Assembly (NCBI RefSeq): GCF_009914755.1
Contig: NC_060926.1
From: the human T2T-CHM13v2.0 reference genome, Homo sapiens
DNA length: 64,000 bases
Strand: one strand, 5' to 3'
This document shows, piece after piece, positions 60,424 to 64,000 of this stretch. A model generated the notes under the pieces. That model had not been told where the DNA came from, made no database searches, and worked only from the letters and a program-made list of their open reading frames with translations. Each line of letters begins with the position of its first letter. Position 1 is the stretch's first letter. A program made the position numbers and the translations under genes.

Positions 60424-60864
60424 GGCAAAAGAGATTTTCAATTTTGTTCACAAAGCAAGATGCTGAAAATAAGAGACATGACTGATTCAAAATGATTCAG
60501 AAAGTCTAAAAAGGGATGGGCAAAAGTACACTAGACAAATGGAAACAACAACAAAGGAGGGGTTGTGATACTAATGTCAAGATAAAGTTTAAACCAAAAT
60601 GCATTAAATGAGACAAAGGAGGGCATGTTTTCATGCCACAGTTCACAATGGATATACTACAGTTACGAATTCTGTTCACCAAATAACTCAGCAGCAACCT
60701 TTATAAGGAAAAACTACAGGACATGCAAAGAAACACTGATAGAAACACACTAACAAAAAGACTTCAAGACACTACCTTCAGTACAAAACAGACTCAGTAG
60801 CCAAAAAAGAGGAATTAATGTAGACCTAAGTCGTATAAGCAATAATATAGATCTTACAGATACA

Positions 60865-61465
60865 CAGCCATGCATCACTTAAGGATGGGAATATGTTCTG
60901 AGAAATTCATCTTTATGCAATTTGATTGTTGTGTGAACATCATAGAGTGCACTTACACAAATCTAGATGGCATAGCCTACTATACACCTAGGCAATATTG
61001 TATGAGCTATTACCCCTAGGCTACAAACCTGTACAGTGTGATACTGTACTGAATACTAGAGGCAGTGGTAACACAATGGTATTCGTATATCTAAACATAT
61101 CTAAACATAGAAAAGGTATAGTAAAAATATGATATAAATGACTTTGAAAAATGGTACACCTGCATAGGGCGCTTACCATGAATGGGGCTTGGAGGACTGG
61201 AAGTTGCTCTGGGTGAGTCAGTGAGTGAGTGGTGAATGAATGTGAAGGCCCAGGACATTACTGTATATTAGGGTAGGCTTTATAAACACTATACACTTAG
61301 GCTACCTTAATTTATTTAAAAAATAAAGGAATTGTGCTATGATGTTACAATGACTATGATGTCACTAGGCAACAGGAATGTTTTAGCTCCATTATAATCT
61401 TATGGGACCACCATCGTACATTTGTTTGGTAGTTGACTGAAACATCATAATGTGGGGCATGACTA
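60865..61465 (+). mobile_element. Tigger3/MER7-type TcMar DNA transposon
   Basis: cagccatgcatcactta...gtgaacatcatagagtgcacttacacaaa...gcatgacta; about 600 bp. Confidence 0.75.
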
Positions 61466-61862
61466 TAATTATTTTATTTCTTTCTGTTAGACAAACTGTT
61501 TACAGGAGATAAGGAAGTTTTGGTTTATGCCTAAATAATTTCACTTACCTTAGTTTTTACTGAAATAAAAGCATAGAAGTTTTAAATGTAGAGTTGCCTT
61601 TCTTTTAAGGAAGCAAATGTTTTGAAGATAACTGTCCAACATTTATGTGAATGTGAAAACTTACAAAGTACTCTGGTTTTCAAACTTATCTATGCCTACA
61701 ATATCTGGTCTTTCTTCTCTTCTTCCCACCACAAAGGAAAAGGAGACCCTTCAGCTCACAGCTTAGCCCTGATTCTAACCCCTGCCTCACCACTACTAAC
61801 TGCTTTCCTATGTCAGCCTCTCTCCCTCTACAAGCTCCCTTATCCAGCTTTTAAAAAGAATA

Positions 61863-62312
61863 TGTGAACCCCAAAAATTTGAGACAGGTCTCAGTTAATT
61901 TAGAAAGTTTATTTTGCCAAAGTTAAGGACTCGGGCCTGTGACACAGCCTCAGGAAGTCCTGATGACATGTGCCCAAGGTTGTCGGGGCACAGCTTGGTT
62001 TTATACATTTTAAGGAGGCATGAGACGTCAATCAATATATGTAAGAAGTACATTGGTTCCACCCAGAAAGGTGGGGACAACTTGAAGCAGGGACAGGGCT
62101 TCCAGGTCACAGGTAAATGAGAGACAAATGGTTGCATTCTTTTGAGTTTCTGATAGGCTTTTCTGAAGGAGGCAATCAGAATGTACATTTATCTCAGTGA
62201 GCAGAGGGATGACTTTGAATAGAGTGGGAGGAAAGTTTTGTCCTGAGCAGTTTCCACCTTGACTTTTCCCTTTAGCTTAGTAATTTTGAGGCCCCAAGAT
62301 TTTCCTTTCACA
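61863..62312 (-). mobile_element. MER4A1-like ERV1 solo LTR
   Basis: TG...CA termini, perfect 4-bp TSD aata, homologous to 16764-17232. Confidence 0.85.
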
Positions 62313-63796
62313 AATACAAACCCTCCCTCCAACCTCATTCCCCTGTAGCTATTGTTACTTCTTTCTTGATCCTCAAAGAACTGTCTATTCTCATCTCTGC
62401 ATCCTCTCTGCTGCAAAAGGAATGACTCCTTAACTGTCAAACCCCAGGACTGTTCTCACTCAGGTCTTCCTGCTGCTTAAGACCAGGTTGGCAGTCCCTT
62501 CCCAACCATCATTCCTCCCTCAGCCCTCCCACGTGTCTCCTTCTACCTCTCACTGCCTCTCTTGCTGCCTTTTCATCTTTCCTCCATTCATTGATGTTCA
62601 CCGTGATTCTACCTTCTACTCTTCTTGTGCCTCTACACACTCTTCCTCCACAACTTAATCAACTCTTGTGATTTCTAATTACTATTTGCTGCTGACTCCC
62701 AAATCTGAGTATCCCTTTTCAGCTCCATATTTCTTATTTCTGTGAGCCTACTGGACATTTCTGACTAGATCTCCTAAATAGCAGAGTTATTTTCCACAGC
62801 TGCTATTCCTTTGCATTTTCAATGAAGAGTGGAAAAGGGAAGGCTATATGATGAGGAAGGGTATGGGGGTCTCTGGGACCCCATCCAGCAGCCAGGGAAT
62901 GTCCATATGGAAATAACTCTGGAGACGTGGGCTTCAGGACCATGCCAGCAGCGTGGTACATGTAACTGTGAGTCCACTGGTAAAGCCAGTGAGTACAGCA
63001 GCTATCTTTTCAGGCCCCTTCCTCAAGCCTCCACTTTGTATGGTTTGGATTTTATGAGTGGAGATATTGAGTAAAGGAGTACTTTAAGCTTTTCGGACTT
63101 CCTGCAGAGGCACAGGGTGGAGGCTGAGAAGTAGACTACACCCCAGTCTCTCAGTGTCATCCAACATCTGGACTGGAGTAGTGTAGAGAAAAAAGTCGCC
63201 ATGAGAACCACGGCTAGAGGTTATCTAGCTGGACAAGTGGTAGACCAAGTTCCCTGATTATTTTATCCCTTTCCAGACAAGCCTCCCTTCTACACACACA
63301 TACACCTTGGTCAGACATAAGGAAGCTTGGTGCTCCTGTTACATATTCCCTGCCCTTGCCTAAACCACAGAAATGTTCTTGAATCACCTCAAGGCTCAAA
63401 GACCCCTTCCATCTATCCCCAACATCGATCCTGGATTTTCTAGAGTTAATCGGATCTTTATCACTCCCTTTTCTTAAACTTCTTGAGAGTTTAAGCACTG
63501 CTCCCTCCCCTACACCCAATGCTTTCCTTCATTGTCCACACAAAGTAAAGCTTCTTAGCGTGCACCCAAGATCCTTCTGTTACTTGACTTTGTCTAACCT
63601 CTCAGCCTTTGCTCCCCCTATCTGACCACATGCGTCCTAGGCCCCAGCAGCTCTGAACTGCTTCCTGGGACAGGCTATGTGCTGTCAGCCTAATGAATCC
63701 CACCCAACTTGGCCTTCGAGGTTCCACCGCTAAGTGACTTCCCCTGAAGATTTGTCTTCCCTCTTCTTTTAAGAGCTGCTCTTTGTTTCCTAAATA

Positions 63797-63807
63797 TTCT
63801 TTCTTTC

Positions 63808-63851
<44 letters not shown>

Positions 63852-63929
63852 TCCTTCTTTCTTTCTTTCTCTTTCTTTCTTTCTTTCCTTCCTTCCTTCC
63901 TTCTTTCTATCTTTCTTTCCTTCTTTCTT
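63797..63929. repeat. (CTTT)n/(CCTT)n tract (expanded tail of the following Alu)
   Basis: Pyrimidine tetranucleotide repeats read directly. Confidence 0.9.
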
Positions 63930-64000
63930 GAGACAAGAGTCTTGCTAAGTTACCCAGGCTGGTCTTCAACTCCTAGGCTCAAGCGATCCTCCTGCCCTGG
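63929..64000 (-). mobile_element. Alu monomer fragment running off the window end
   Basis: gagacaagagtcttgct...ggctcaagcgatcctcctgcc. Confidence 0.7.

Larger units (their letters stand above)
58255..60862 (+). mobile_element. Ancient L1M remnant (ORF1/early ORF2-like), interrupted by THE1 and Alu
   Basis: A-rich strand bias, degenerate L1-like motifs; many stops. Confidence 0.5.

Overview
Human (great-ape-type) genomic DNA, recognisable as the chr2q33 SPATS2L/KCTD18 locus. The + strand carries the last five coding exons of SPATS2L (1312-19568), with proximal and distal poly(A) signals at 20175 and 23739. The - strand carries the complete KCTD18 gene: six coding exons that splice into a 1281-nt ORF (426 aa, N-terminal BTB/T1 domain), a poly(A) signal at 30458 and a CpG-island promoter at about 51.1-51.8 kb. 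The rest is interspersed repeat: about 25 Alus, a 5'-truncated L1PA, solo LTRs (MER4A1-like x2, LTR1/27/MER52-like, MST, THE1, MLT2), MER20/MER58/Tigger3/MER85 DNA elements, L2, MIR and old L1. I found no evidence of a new multi-gene system. The best candidates are four. (1) An in-frame 42-nt cassette exon in SPATS2L. (2) Three alternative KCTD18 exon-1 donors that switch an upstream or overlapping ORF on and off. (3) A 95-bp perfect, locally templated Alu-fragment insertion with fold-back and multi-template junctions. (4) A truncated MER85 fused to an Alu that keeps the CSB-PGBD3 palindrome. Repeat subfamilies were called by eye, and most repeat boundaries are approximate.
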